This document shows positions 36,132-46,049 of a stretch of DNA of 64,000 nucleotides, in pieces. Where the stretch lies: the IMG/VR virus record IMGVR_UViG_3300049734_000263, positions 850-64,849 of that record. One strand, 5' to 3'. Both the position numbers and the translations under genes were made by a program. Source of the DNA: a virus. Taxonomy: Duplodnaviria; Caudoviricetes. Positions within the stretch are counted from its first letter, which is position 1; the number at the start of each line of letters is the position of its first letter. The notes beneath the pieces are model-generated. The model searched no databases. It saw only the letters and a program-made list of their open reading frames with translations, and was not told where the DNA came from.

Positions 36132-38513
36132 GTGGCTTACGACTCGAACGCCGCAATAATTCCAGTCCGACCAGGCGTCAACTTCGCGCCGCTCGATCCC
36201 TTGCTTCGGCTGAAAGAGCAGCAAGGGCAGTCGCACTATCTCTGCGATGCTCTCAAGGAGCGCTTTCGCCACTTCTGGAATCTTGAAAAGGCCGTTTGGC
36301 GGGAGATGATCAACGCCGGCGAGCTGGTCGGGCGATTCCTGCAGGGCGATCAACTGGTCGAGCGTAGCCCGTGGACGGGCGGATGGTTGGTGATCAAGCC
36401 GCCGCGCGAGGACCAGAGCGCCAAGCGCGCTCTGAACCTGATGCAATTCTACGTGACGAATTGCATCGTTAAATACGTTCAGAGCAATCCGGACATCGTC
36501 GTCAAACCTGGCCGCGACACGGATCAGAGTGAAGCGGCATCGAAGGCCGGTGGGATTGTCGTCGATCACTACGAAGCCGAATTCTTTAAACCCTGGCCAC
36601 ATCTGCAGGAAGGCTTGCAGATTCTGACCTTCGGCACGGCGATCAATCGCTTGCGATATGACCCGGGGATTCAGGGCGTCATTGGCCTGCGCGAGGTCGT
36701 CGAGGATAGGGAGATCACGCTTGGCGAGGGCGCTGGATATTGCGGCGATTGTGGATACGCGGGCACGGCTGCCGAGTTCACGGCCACGATGGACACCGAG
36801 GTCGGCCCCCAGCAGGTGACTGCGTGTCCGCATTGTGGCAGTGAATACTCTCTCGTCGAACCCCCGGCGACGGAGACAATGCCCACGGTCGTCGGGCAAG
36901 AGCAAGTACAACTCGGCGATCTATGCCTCGACCAGTTACTATTCCCGGCCTGCCGGTGGGATCTGAATTCGCGAGCCGAGAAGTCGCCGTGGTTTCTCTA
37001 TCAGCAAAGAATCAGCCTCGGCGCCGTTCGAAGACTGCTCGGGCGCGTAAAGGTTCCTGACAGCGCCAGCGATTACGATCTCGGGCTCGACGTCGCGCAG
37101 AACTTGGCTTACGCCGGGCAGGCGACAGACGGGCGCGCCAGCGGTCAACGTCGCGGCTTTCTCGGTCAGGATAAGGTCAACCTCTGCGAGATGTGGCTGA
37201 GTCCTGACGATTACGCCGACATTGACCTGAAGGGCGATGAGCAGACCGTGGCGTCGGCGCAAGGGCAGGCTGATGCTCTGCCGGCGGGCGGAAAGTTGAT
37301 TGAATTGTTCCCGGATGGCCTTGTCGCGGTCGGGCTCAACGGGATGTCGGTCGTCCTGGGCGTCTACGCCGAGAAGCACTGCGACCACATTACATCCTCG
37401 GTCTGGCATATGCGGCCAATGTCGGGCGCGGGCCGCGGCGGTCAGGATATGGTCGAAGTCCAGAAGCGAGTCAATAAGTTGGACTCGCAGCAGCTCGAAT
37501 ATATGGACGCGCTGGGGACGCCGGCGGTATTCCACGAGAAGAACGCTATTGACTCTGACGATGCGGGTTATCTCAACCATCCACGCGCCAACATCCCGGT
37601 TGATTTGTCGAAGTTGCCCGAACTGAGACGGCTGCAAGATGTTGTGTACTCGATGCCGCCGGGTAGTGTGCCGGCCGGCTTCACTCAATACGTTCAACAA
37701 TTCTTGACGCAGGCCTTCGCCACGACCTCGCACGCCACGGACTTCACGAACGGCGGCCTGATGGCCCAGCGCAACGACACGGCGCGTGGGGCGATGATCG
37801 CCGACGCCAACGCGAACTCCCTGATTCTGCCGACCGCGATGATCAAAGGCGACGCCCGGATGTCGGTGGCCGACAAGACGGTCACTCAATATCGCGTTTA
37901 CTTTCCGATCAAGCGGTATTTTCCTCTCGGCGGTGAGCATTCGCAGCAACCAGGGATTTGGCTTTCCGGCGCTGATCTCAACGCTGATCTGCGCTATGAG
38001 GTCTCGAAGGAATCGGAACTGCCCGAGAACTCGATCACGAAGCGGGACAACGCCAATGCGTTCTTTATCGGGTTATTCGGCGGCGTCGCCAATTACCTGG
38101 CAGCGAAACGGGAGGTGCCGGATCTGGTCGCCGGCCTCGAACGGTTATACAGGGTTCACACCTTCAGCAGCGTCACATTTGATGTGAGCGCGCAGATTTG
38201 CCGCAAGCGGTTGGAGATGGTGAAGCAGGCGATTGCGATGGGCATGGATCCGCTTATGGCCATTCAGCCGCCGATTTCCTTGATGGAGCGCGACCATAAG
38301 GGCAAGGCGCTGTGGTTCCAAGCCTGGCTCGACACAGACGAAGGTCAAAACGCGCCAATAGAGCAACGTCAGGTGGTCGAGTTTCTGATCCAGTCGCATT
38401 TCGAACTACAAGGGACACAGGACGGGGCAATAGCAATGCAACAGGCTCAGACGCAGATGGCGGGACAGCCTCCGATGGCGCCGCCTGAAGAAGGGATGAA
38501 GGAGGCGGCGTGA
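36132..38513 (+). CDS. portal protein
   Basis: 793 aa, after terminase and before scaffold/capsid; Q/M/P-rich tail; internal CxxC pairs. Confidence 0.82.
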   Translation: MAYDSNAAIIPVRPGVNFAPLDPLLRLKEQQGQSHYLCDALKERFRHFWNLEKAVWREMINAGELVGRFLQGDQLVERSPWTGGWLVIKPPREDQSAKRALNLMQFYVTNCIVKYVQSNPDIVVKPGRDTDQSEAASKAGGIVVDHYEAEFFKPWPHLQEGLQILTFGTAINRLRYDPGIQGVIGLREVVEDREITLGEGAGYCGDCGYAGTAAEFTATMDTEVGPQQVTACPHCGSEYSLVEPPATETMPTVVGQEQVQLGDLCLDQLLFPACRWDLNSRAEKSPWFLYQQRISLGAVRRLLGRVKVPDSASDYDLGLDVAQNLAYAGQATDGRASGQRRGFLGQDKVNLCEMWLSPDDYADIDLKGDEQTVASAQGQADALPAGGKLIELFPDGLVAVGLNGMSVVLGVYAEKHCDHITSSVWHMRPMSGAGRGGQDMVEVQKRVNKLDSQQLEYMDALGTPAVFHEKNAIDSDDAGYLNHPRANIPVDLSKLPELRRLQDVVYSMPPGSVPAGFTQYVQQFLTQAFATTSHATDFTNGGLMAQRNDTARGAMIADANANSLILPTAMIKGDARMSVADKTVTQYRVYFPIKRYFPLGGEHSQQPGIWLSGADLNADLRYEVSKESELPENSITKRDNANAFFIGLFGGVANYLAAKREVPDLVAGLERLYRVHTFSSVTFDVSAQICRKRLEMVKQAIAMGMDPLMAIQPPISLMERDHKGKALWFQAWLDTDEGQNAPIEQRQVVEFLIQSHFELQGTQDGAIAMQQAQTQMAGQPPMAPPEEGMKEAA

Positions 38514-39034
38514 TGCACAATTCAATGTACGGCACGGTTGCAATTGAGACTAAGGGTGTGGATGCGCGCAATACTGACGCGCTTGAATGCCTTCTCGCCT
38601 TGTGCCGCGTGATTGGCTTACGTTACGAAATCACGCAGAACGACAAGGAGTTCCCGAACTATCCCTATTTCGTGCGACTTACTTGGTCAGGCTGGCCGGT
38701 TGACTTCTTCGAGCCTCGCAAGCGCGAAGGCGGTTACACCACTTACTGCAAACACCCTGTTGACGGGTTGAGTAGCGCGATACGGTCTGCCGTCAATGAT
38801 CTCTGTCGCAACGGAGAGAGTTTTCGATCCGGGTTTATAGACTTCTATCAGCAAATAACAGGTCGGGATTGGCTTGCTGGAAGAGAGAATGCGGACAAGC
38901 CCCTCCCTTCCAGGGTAACTCCTGACAAAGTTCGCATGGTGCGCGAACAGGCGCAATGTGGACTGATGCAAGCCCGCGAGGCTCTGGAGAGGGCGGGCGG
39001 CAACGTTGAGCGGGCTATTTACAATCTCCGGTAA
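38510..39034 (+). CDS. protein with C-terminal EF-Ts N-terminal (UBA-like) domain
   Basis: VTPDKVRMVREQAQCGLMQAREALERAGGNVERAIYNLR. Confidence 0.7.
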   Translation: MMHNSMYGTVAIETKGVDARNTDALECLLALCRVIGLRYEITQNDKEFPNYPYFVRLTWSGWPVDFFEPRKREGGYTTYCKHPVDGLSSAIRSAVNDLCRNGESFRSGFIDFYQQITGRDWLAGRENADKPLPSRVTPDKVRMVREQAQCGLMQAREALERAGGNVERAIYNLR

Positions 39035-39186
39035 TGATCGTTCGAACAAGCAAAGGTTATCAGGTCAAGAGCGAGAGCGGCGACAAGAACCTGAGCAAGC
39101 CGAACATCTCGAAGAAGAAGGCGAAGAAGAGAGTTCGCCAGGTCGAGTATTACAAGGCCAAGGCGGAAGGGGCGCTGAAGGGATGA
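39034..39186 (+). CDS. small basic phage protein (not in ORF track)
   Basis: MIVRTSKGYQVKSESGDKNLSKPNISKKKAKKRVRQVEYYK; TAATG coupling. Confidence 0.6.
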   Translation: MIVRTSKGYQVKSESGDKNLSKPNISKKKAKKRVRQVEYYKAKAEGALKG

Positions 39187-39455
39187 GCGACGAAGTACAG
39201 CAGAAAGGCTACCGCATTCCCACATATGTGCGGGGACCCATTGCACCGCTAAGCGAGCAACAGAAGGCGACCGTGACATTGCCGCCGCTAGCTGATGGCC
39301 AATCGCAGTGGACCGTCGAACATGGGCCAGTACCAGAGCCAGCGCTGAGGGCCTTCACCTGGAATGACGCCCGCAAGGTCGCCGCATTCGTGCGCGACGG
39401 GCTGTTGATGATAGTGAAGGGGCTCGAACGCACATTTGATTTAGGGAAGAAGTAG
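39183..39455 (+). CDS. hypothetical protein
   Basis: ATGA overlap with upstream stop. Confidence 0.5.
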   Translation: MSDEVQQKGYRIPTYVRGPIAPLSEQQKATVTLPPLADGQSQWTVEHGPVPEPALRAFTWNDARKVAAFVRDGLLMIVKGLERTFDLGKK

Positions 39456-39530
39456 AACAGCAATCATAAGGTTTTTGTTTAGTCATTAGCCGCGTTCAGC
39501 ATTCGTTGGGCGCGGAAATTACCTGAACAC

Positions 39531-39590
39531 AGGCCGCCAATTCGGTGATTGGTCCATTGGGATCGGTCGCCGGTTGGCGGCCTTTTTCAT
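39531..39590 (+). terminator. long hairpin with T-tract before scaffold gene
   Basis: AGGCCGCCAA...TTGGCGGCCTTTTT. Confidence 0.65.
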
Positions 39591-39603
39591 TTTAGGACCA
39601 AAA

Positions 39604-41082
39604 ATGGACGAACCAACCAATTCAGGTGTACCAGCAGGCGCCCCGCCTGCGGCGGAATCAAGTCCGGCTTCCGCTCCCGCTGACACCGGCGGACAAGGGG
39701 CGACGAGCGGCGGCGAGCCTTCGACCGGACCGGTTCCGGCGCAAGGTGCCCCGGCCGTCGCGGCAGTAGCAGGGGACGAGAGCGGCGCTGACGCCGGCGC
39801 CGAGGAGTTTCAACTGCCTGTAACCGAAGAAGAGTTGCAGCAGGCTCCCGAACAGTGGCGTGAAAAGTTCACATCGTTACTCAACGGCTACAAATCACTG
39901 GATGCGGACCATAAGGCGCTCAAGGGCCAGTATCAACCGCTCGCCGACTACGGCGAGGCGGCCGAGATCAAGAGCCAGCTTGAATTGCTCGACGGTCTGT
40001 ATGGGTATGCGCAGGACACCGAAGGGAACACGCTCTATGACGAGTATACCGGCTTGCCTATGTCCTCGACGATGGGTTTCGTGTCGAGGATTCAGGAGGG
40101 GAGCCCGGCGCTCGCGCAGCAGTTGTTCCTCGACCTGTGGACCGCGAAAGGCGTGGACGGGCTCACTGGCGCCCAACGGATGTTTCAAGCCGTGGGGCTG
40201 GACCCGAGACGGCTCGCCGAATATCAGGCGCTTACCCAGAATCCTACCAAATCTGTGCCGACATCAAGCGGAGTCGCCACTCCTGAAGAACTGTCGGTTA
40301 TTCCCGAACATCACCACGCGACCTACAAGCTTCTCAGCGCCAGCGATCGCTATAAGGCCCAGCAAATAGAAGATCCGCAGGAACTGGAAAGCTTTCTGGC
40401 CGAAAAACAGGAATTCTTCGAAAACCGCAGATTCCGCGAGGCTTACGAAAAGGCCCAATCGGAACGTGCGGTGCGCGAAGGGCAAGAGTTTCAGGCCAGC
40501 GTGGAGAGATCGTTCACGGAATACTCGACCAAGCTTCGTCAGGACGGACTGAACTCCATCATCAAGAATTTAAGCTCCAAGGTTCAATTCTCGGCTGATC
40601 CCACAACCAACGCCGTACAGACCGGAGCGGTGATGTCCATTATGGCCAATCTGCTCAATCCGGATCTGCGCTTTGCGACCGAAGGCGCTTTGCAGGCGCT
40701 CGGCGTGACGATTGATCAGAGTTTTAACGACTCTCTGGTCGCCCTCGGCGAGCAGGCGAGAGCGGTCAAGTTGTACGAAGCATATGCGGCCAACCCTGCA
40801 TATGCCCAGTACCGCAATGACGCAGCGCTCGGCAAAGCTCGGGGCGAGGTCAAGCGTCTCTACGATGGCGTGATCGCCAAATTCAATGGCATCGCGCTCA
40901 AAGTCGCGAAGGTCATCGCGGGCGGAAATCAGGAACTGCGGGAAGTCGAGAAATCGAAGCTGGAGCATGGCGCTCGCCCCACTGTCGGCGGCGGCGGCCT
41001 CCCCGCCAACGGCGCGGTCAAACCGACCGCGAAACCGTTCACGGTGGAGTACCTGCAGCAGCTACGGCAGGCGGGCCAATAG
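39604..41082 (+). CDS. probable capsid scaffolding protein
   Basis: acidic, low-complexity N-terminus, helical; directly upstream of capsid. Confidence 0.65.
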   Translation: MDEPTNSGVPAGAPPAAESSPASAPADTGGQGATSGGEPSTGPVPAQGAPAVAAVAGDESGADAGAEEFQLPVTEEELQQAPEQWREKFTSLLNGYKSLDADHKALKGQYQPLADYGEAAEIKSQLELLDGLYGYAQDTEGNTLYDEYTGLPMSSTMGFVSRIQEGSPALAQQLFLDLWTAKGVDGLTGAQRMFQAVGLDPRRLAEYQALTQNPTKSVPTSSGVATPEELSVIPEHHHATYKLLSASDRYKAQQIEDPQELESFLAEKQEFFENRRFREAYEKAQSERAVREGQEFQASVERSFTEYSTKLRQDGLNSIIKNLSSKVQFSADPTTNAVQTGAVMSIMANLLNPDLRFATEGALQALGVTIDQSFNDSLVALGEQARAVKLYEAYAANPAYAQYRNDAALGKARGEVKRLYDGVIAKFNGIALKVAKVIAGGNQELREVEKSKLEHGARPTVGGGGLPANGAVKPTAKPFTVEYLQQLRQAGQ

Positions 41083-41094
41083 GAGTAACGATCC

Positions 41095-42369
41095 ATGGCC
41101 AACGTAGATTTCTCGAACCTGCCTGACCTCAAGCGTCAGGACGTCGAAATGATGGTGCGTTCGTTCTTTGAGAACAACGCGCCGGGCTATAACGCTTTCG
41201 AGAAGGACGTCGAACACAAGGAACTAACCGAAAAGGGCTACCGCATACCATACTACTCGCGGCGCCCCGGCGGCCACACCGGGTTCGTTCCGTCGTCCTC
41301 CAGCTTTAATGCAGCGGTCCCAATGCAGACCCAATCGATGTTCGTTTACCCGGTCGGGTACGCCCTTCCAATAGTCTGGCAGGGCGCGAGCATTCGCGCC
41401 TTCAAGAAGGACCAAAAGAACAACATCGTGGGTTTGATGGGTATCCTGCAACTCTATACCGAGACCGGAACCAAGAGAACGAATCAGATGTTCTATGGTG
41501 ACGGGTCCGGCGCCCTGGCTTTCAGCGCGTCGGCGATCGGCGGCACGGGCGTTACCTCATGCAACTTCACGACTGCCGCGGCGGCAACGCCTGGGCAGAC
41601 GAAGGGCGCCGTGCGCTTGGAAGAGGGTCACACCTACCAGGCGATCAACCCTTCGACCGGCGCGGTGCGCGGGGCGTTCACCGTCGTCACACCGGGCAAG
41701 ACCTCGGCGACGATCAATGTCACGTCGGGCACGATCAGCTCGGCCGATCCGATCGTAGATGTCGGCTCGTTCCAGCGCTATATGCGTGGTCTGGGTCATC
41801 TCATCTCGGACCAGACCCGCGTCCTGCAGGGGCTGAACACCGGCAATTTCCCCGATTTGAACGCGCCCGTGCTTGATCTTAATGGCGTGGTGATGTCGCC
41901 GGCCGCTCAGGAAACCCTGAAGTCGATGATCAACACCCGCAACAACACCGAAGACGCCGAGGCGAAGCTGACCGGCTTCATCACTTTCGGCCAGCATTCG
42001 GTGTTGAGAAAGCAGGGGTATAACCTCGGCTTCTACATCCGGTCGGCCGAGGGTGGCGACACCGTTAAGGGCGTGGCCAAGCGCTACGAGGACGGTGACA
42101 CCGTTTACGTGCGTGATGCGGATATGGACGAAGACCGTAACTATCTCGCCCAGGCCGATCAGCACAAGATGTTCGAGGAAATGCCCTTCGGGGAATACGA
42201 CCTCGACAATCAGGAGTGGCGAATGTTGTTGGGTCTGAACAACACCGGTTCAGACGACTACCAGCGCGCCATTGGCTACCGGGCCAACCCTGGCACGCTC
42301 CTGCCACGCTCGAGCGGGTTCATCAAGCGAGCGTCGCTCACCGGCGTCGTCACGCAGGCGACTAGCTAG
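41095..42369 (+). CDS. major capsid protein
   Basis: 424 aa, AGGAG RBS, QMFYGDGSGALA motif, followed by terminator. Confidence 0.8.
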   Translation: MANVDFSNLPDLKRQDVEMMVRSFFENNAPGYNAFEKDVEHKELTEKGYRIPYYSRRPGGHTGFVPSSSSFNAAVPMQTQSMFVYPVGYALPIVWQGASIRAFKKDQKNNIVGLMGILQLYTETGTKRTNQMFYGDGSGALAFSASAIGGTGVTSCNFTTAAAATPGQTKGAVRLEEGHTYQAINPSTGAVRGAFTVVTPGKTSATINVTSGTISSADPIVDVGSFQRYMRGLGHLISDQTRVLQGLNTGNFPDLNAPVLDLNGVVMSPAAQETLKSMINTRNNTEDAEAKLTGFITFGQHSVLRKQGYNLGFYIRSAEGGDTVKGVAKRYEDGDTVYVRDADMDEDRNYLAQADQHKMFEEMPFGEYDLDNQEWRMLLGLNNTGSDDYQRAIGYRANPGTLLPRSSGFIKRASLTGVVTQATS

Positions 42370-42395
42370 TTTTCACAACCAAGGCTGAACAACTT

Positions 42396-42428
42396 CGGGA
42401 GAGGCTGGAAGCCTCTCCCGCTTCTTTT
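42396..42428 (+). terminator. intrinsic terminator after capsid gene
   Basis: CGGGAGAGGCT-GGA-AGCCTCTCCCG-CTTCTTTT. Confidence 0.8.
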
Positions 42429-42443
42429 CATTGAGGTGTTTTT

Positions 42444-42722
42444 ATGGCTATTTCAGCGGCCTTCGCAGGCAAGGATTTAGGGCCGGAGAGCAGGCGCAGC
42501 GATGAGGCGTCGGAGATCGTTGCCATCACCGGATCAACCGGCGCGGTCGGCGATCAGACTACTTACACCTGCAAGCATGTTCATCGCAACGCAAAGATCA
42601 TCGGCGGCGCGTTTGCGATTGCGAGCGCGGCCGAAACTCTGGCCGGGACTACGCTAACCATTGAGGCGCGTGTCGCCCTGGCGAACACTACCGTCCATGT
42701 TGAAGTCAAGGGTGACATTTGA
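42444..42722 (+). CDS. small virion (decoration-like) protein
   Basis: beta-rich, follows capsid. Confidence 0.5.
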   Translation: MAISAAFAGKDLGPESRRSDEASEIVAITGSTGAVGDQTTYTCKHVHRNAKIIGGAFAIASAAETLAGTTLTIEARVALANTTVHVEVKGDI

Positions 42723-43582
42723 TGATCGCTGCAGCCGATTACCTTTCAACTAAAGACCGCCATCCCGTCTACGACAATCCGCGCAAGTGGGGCGAGCCCG
42801 GCATATGGAACCCGCCGACGTTCGACGTCGCCAAGTTTCAGAAGCGGCTCGATAAGATCGTCGGCACGTCCGATGGCAAGCCCATTGTCAGGCTCGTCTG
42901 GGCCTGGCAGTCGCGCGAATTCTTCCACACCGAGTTCGACGGCCTCGGTACGCCGACGAAGGGCGAGTTTCGCGCGAAGTACCGCTTTATGACTATCACC
43001 TTGCCCGATGGTGATGAGGTGGACATCTCGGTTCCGCGGTGGATCCTGGAACAACGGTACGAGCCGGGCCAGTACTGGCAGACCTGGCAGCAGTCGCGAT
43101 ATGTCCAGGATCCGGCGCTCGGCCGAACGGTTGATAAGCGCGGAGATCCGCCGCCCGATGGTTGGTACGGCTATTTGCGGACCGTCGCGGAGCACGACCC
43201 GGAGGAGGCGTGCTGCGATCGGGCGTGGCGGGATCACAGGCGCCGCTGCTGGGGATATTACCGTGAGCCGTCTGAAAAGGATCTCTGGATTCTTCAGAAG
43301 GCGGTCAATATGCGCGATAAAGACCCGCAGAAGGTCTCGCCGCACGAGCCGTTGCCGGAGTGGGCGCTCGACGACGCTCAGCGTTTGGCCTACGCCGAAG
43401 AGAAGGCGGTTGAAAAGGAAGGAAGCCGGCTTAATCACGACTTCTGGCATTCGTGGGTTAATTCCCACGGCTGGCGCGCCTTTGAGAGCAACCACAAGAC
43501 CTTGACGCACGGCAAGTATAAGTTTGCCTGGCCAACCAAGTTCAAAACCGACGAAAAGTCGGGCCTGTCAATTCCCGAATAA
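42722..43582 (+). CDS. hypothetical protein
   Basis: Trp-rich ORF in late operon. Confidence 0.65.
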   Translation: MIAAADYLSTKDRHPVYDNPRKWGEPGIWNPPTFDVAKFQKRLDKIVGTSDGKPIVRLVWAWQSREFFHTEFDGLGTPTKGEFRAKYRFMTITLPDGDEVDISVPRWILEQRYEPGQYWQTWQQSRYVQDPALGRTVDKRGDPPPDGWYGYLRTVAEHDPEEACCDRAWRDHRRRCWGYYREPSEKDLWILQKAVNMRDKDPQKVSPHEPLPEWALDDAQRLAYAEEKAVEKEGSRLNHDFWHSWVNSHGWRAFESNHKTLTHGKYKFAWPTKFKTDEKSGLSIPE

Positions 43583-43593
43583 CAAGGAGAACT

Positions 43594-44631
43594 ATGTCAA
43601 CAGCAGTTTTGGCAATGCCCATCGTGGATGAGCAAATGCCGCAGTTTATAGACAGTGACGCCGTACCGCTGGACGCGGTGCGGTGGCTGTTCTTTCCAGG
43701 CGACGCGCTCGCGCCACGGCGGAAGCGCGAGTTGAAAGACCTGACCGGCTTCGGCGTTCACGCGCGAGGTGGGGAGCCGTTCAGGCTTTATTCCAATGGT
43801 GGCGATGAGATCAACAGCCCGTGCCTTCTTCGAACCAAGGGCGTGTTGCCGCGCGCGCTGATCACGCCGCTTGAGGTCGCTGCGGTGTGGACACCACCGG
43901 ATCTGATTCCAGAGGGAATGCCGACGTTTCGAGGCGTTTCAACTCCCGGCGCGAAGTGGACCGATACCCTGCCAGGAATTAAAACATTTCCTGGCCAGGT
44001 GATCGGCGCCATTTTGACGGCCGCGCGCAACGACCAGGGCAATAGCAAGGGCGTAGTCGAGATCGAATCGCTCAGGACGGTGACCTGGGAAGATGTCACC
44101 GCCGAGAGGTTGCAATATTTGTTCTTTCCGACCTGGCCTCAGTTGCCACCGACCTTGCGCGAACTGGCTGAATCTGTCGAAGCGGGCCGAAGGAAAACAG
44201 GACAGCGCGACTTGCAGCTCATCGGCGACGAGATGCTCTCGGCGTGCGAGCAGTTCCGCCTGTGGGCGACGGACCGGATCAAGTTCGAGGAAACATTGGT
44301 AGCCGTCGGCACGACGAAAGATGGCTGGACGCATCGGCTGAGTGATGTTGGCGAACAGTTGATGGCGCAACTGGAGATCACGGCGCAGTCCAAGGCGCTC
44401 CTCGAGGCGACGCAATTGCAGGGGCAGTTAAACAAATCCATCAGCGATATGATCGCCACTCAGGCCAGCAAGTCAGACGTTCCAGTTGTGGATGTTCTCC
44501 AGAAATTGCAGGAAAACCAGAATCTGCTTGCCGATGCGCTGACATCTCTTGTTGATCGTTTGACCACGCCGAGCGCGCCAACCGCCACGGCGGAACCCTC
44601 GAAGGTTCCGAACAAAAACAAACAGGGCTGA
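43594..44631 (+). CDS. hypothetical protein
   Basis: AAGGAG RBS; C-terminal coiled coil. Confidence 0.65.
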   Translation: MSTAVLAMPIVDEQMPQFIDSDAVPLDAVRWLFFPGDALAPRRKRELKDLTGFGVHARGGEPFRLYSNGGDEINSPCLLRTKGVLPRALITPLEVAAVWTPPDLIPEGMPTFRGVSTPGAKWTDTLPGIKTFPGQVIGAILTAARNDQGNSKGVVEIESLRTVTWEDVTAERLQYLFFPTWPQLPPTLRELAESVEAGRRKTGQRDLQLIGDEMLSACEQFRLWATDRIKFEETLVAVGTTKDGWTHRLSDVGEQLMAQLEITAQSKALLEATQLQGQLNKSISDMIATQASKSDVPVVDVLQKLQENQNLLADALTSLVDRLTTPSAPTATAEPSKVPNKNKQG

Positions 44632-44924
44632 TGGCCAAATTCCTGAAACTCAAGACCGATGATCCTGGCGTCGTGGAATACGGGTTTCAATGCCCGGGCT
44701 GCGGAGGTCTTCACATGATCCGGACGAAGGGCGAGCGCCCACGCTGGGAGTGGAACGGCGACGTTGACAGGCCGACCTGCTCGCCATCGCTCCTCGTCGG
44801 CCCGGGCACGAGCTACCAGTGCCACAGCTTCATCAGAGACGGCCAGATTTATTTTCTCAACGATTGTTCGCACGAGTTGCGCGGGCAGACGGTCGAGATA
44901 CCGGAATGGGAGACGAGTAAATAA
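44631..44924 (+). CDS. DUF6527 family zinc-binding protein
   Basis: CPGCG..H...W.WNG..DRPT.SPS...CHSFIRDG.I.FL.DC.H. Confidence 0.8.
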   Translation: MAKFLKLKTDDPGVVEYGFQCPGCGGLHMIRTKGERPRWEWNGDVDRPTCSPSLLVGPGTSYQCHSFIRDGQIYFLNDCSHELRGQTVEIPEWETSK

Positions 44925-44926
44925 CG

Positions 44927-45703
44927 ATGCCAACCCTCGACGAAATAACTTCTAACGTTCGGACAGTTCTCGGCGATCCGCAGGCGCAGCATCCGGGACT
45001 GCGCCAGGTATTCAAGCATGTCTTGAATCACACGCAGTCCCTTTACAACCATCTCAACAACACAAATAAGGCGTGGGCGACGGTCGAAATCCCGCTCCAG
45101 GCGCAGGCGAACAAGTCCGACTACACCATCAACGCCCAGAACTGGGGCCGGGCCTTGCTCGTCTACACCGAAGACCAAAGCACGCCCGGTCATTGGGAGC
45201 GGACAGTCCCGTTTTTCAACGCCCAGAATCTCAATCTTGCCTATGACGGGCCGCGGGACGGCGCGAATTGGTTCGGCGGCTTTCTCGACGGAAGTAATCA
45301 CACGGCCTTGGGGATTGCTTTCCTACGAGAACCGAGCGGCCAGGTCGTCAAAGCTCGCATTCGCCCGGTCCCGCAGGCGCCCGCGACTTATCGAATCATT
45401 TACGCTGTCGGCCCATGGGCGGAGTCCGCGGCGCTCGATTCGTCGCCTGTCCTCGCTGAACACCATCATCTGATCGAAACACGCGCGGCGATCGCGTGTT
45501 TGCCTGACGCGAGATGGTGGCTTACCGACGCCGCAATCGGGTCTGATGAATGGAAGGCCGTCGAGGCCGCCAACGCGGATCAGCGAAAGACGCGGATGCT
45601 TACGCTCGGCAAGGATGAAGTCCGATACACGCGGGATTTTGAACTGTACGTCAGCAGTTTGAACGGCGCACGGATCAGTTTTCGACATTACTCTTCTATT
45701 TGA
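44927..45703 (+). CDS. head-tail adaptor-like protein
   Basis: MPTL.EI...VR..LGD; RI.PVP; position. Confidence 0.6.
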   Translation: MPTLDEITSNVRTVLGDPQAQHPGLRQVFKHVLNHTQSLYNHLNNTNKAWATVEIPLQAQANKSDYTINAQNWGRALLVYTEDQSTPGHWERTVPFFNAQNLNLAYDGPRDGANWFGGFLDGSNHTALGIAFLREPSGQVVKARIRPVPQAPATYRIIYAVGPWAESAALDSSPVLAEHHHLIETRAAIACLPDARWWLTDAAIGSDEWKAVEAANADQRKTRMLTLGKDEVRYTRDFELYVSSLNGARISFRHYSSI

Positions 45704-45709
45704 GGTTTT

Positions 45710-46042
45710 ATGCTTTTCGACGCTAAACCTGTAAAAGTCCTAGCAGATGCCGCAGCGCTGAACACGCTGTCCGAGGCGTTTGGCCTCACTGACGACATCG
45801 TCATCATGGTTGAGTTCAAAACCGGTGTCACGGCGGGCGTGGTGCGACTGGAAAGCGCTCCGAGAGCTGATTACACGGGCACCTGGAAGACCGAAGTGGA
45901 TATTACCTTTGCTGGGACGCCGCCCCTTACCCTGTCTGACCGGATAATTCCGGAAGGCGCCGTTGGCCGGCTGAGAATCAGCACTGCCATTGCGGATGGC
46001 GTGATCGACGCCTACATTGAGCGACATCTTACCAGAAGGTAG
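45710..46042 (+). CDS. small beta-sandwich virion protein
   Basis: GAGG RBS; beta-strand pattern. Confidence 0.5.
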   Translation: MLFDAKPVKVLADAAALNTLSEAFGLTDDIVIMVEFKTGVTAGVVRLESAPRADYTGTWKTEVDITFAGTPPLTLSDRIIPEGAVGRLRISTAIADGVIDAYIERHLTRR

Positions 46043-46049
46043 AGTAGAT

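Noticed and set aside
28656-37949. Long antisense ORFs (e.g. 28656-29642, 36939-37949) as real genes
   Set aside because: They shadow well-supported plus-strand genes, as expected in GC-rich DNA, and show no motifs or RBS.
39204-41250. Shared KGYRIP hexapeptide in ORF 39183-39455 and the capsid protein
   Set aside because: Six residues only with no extended similarity; probably chance.
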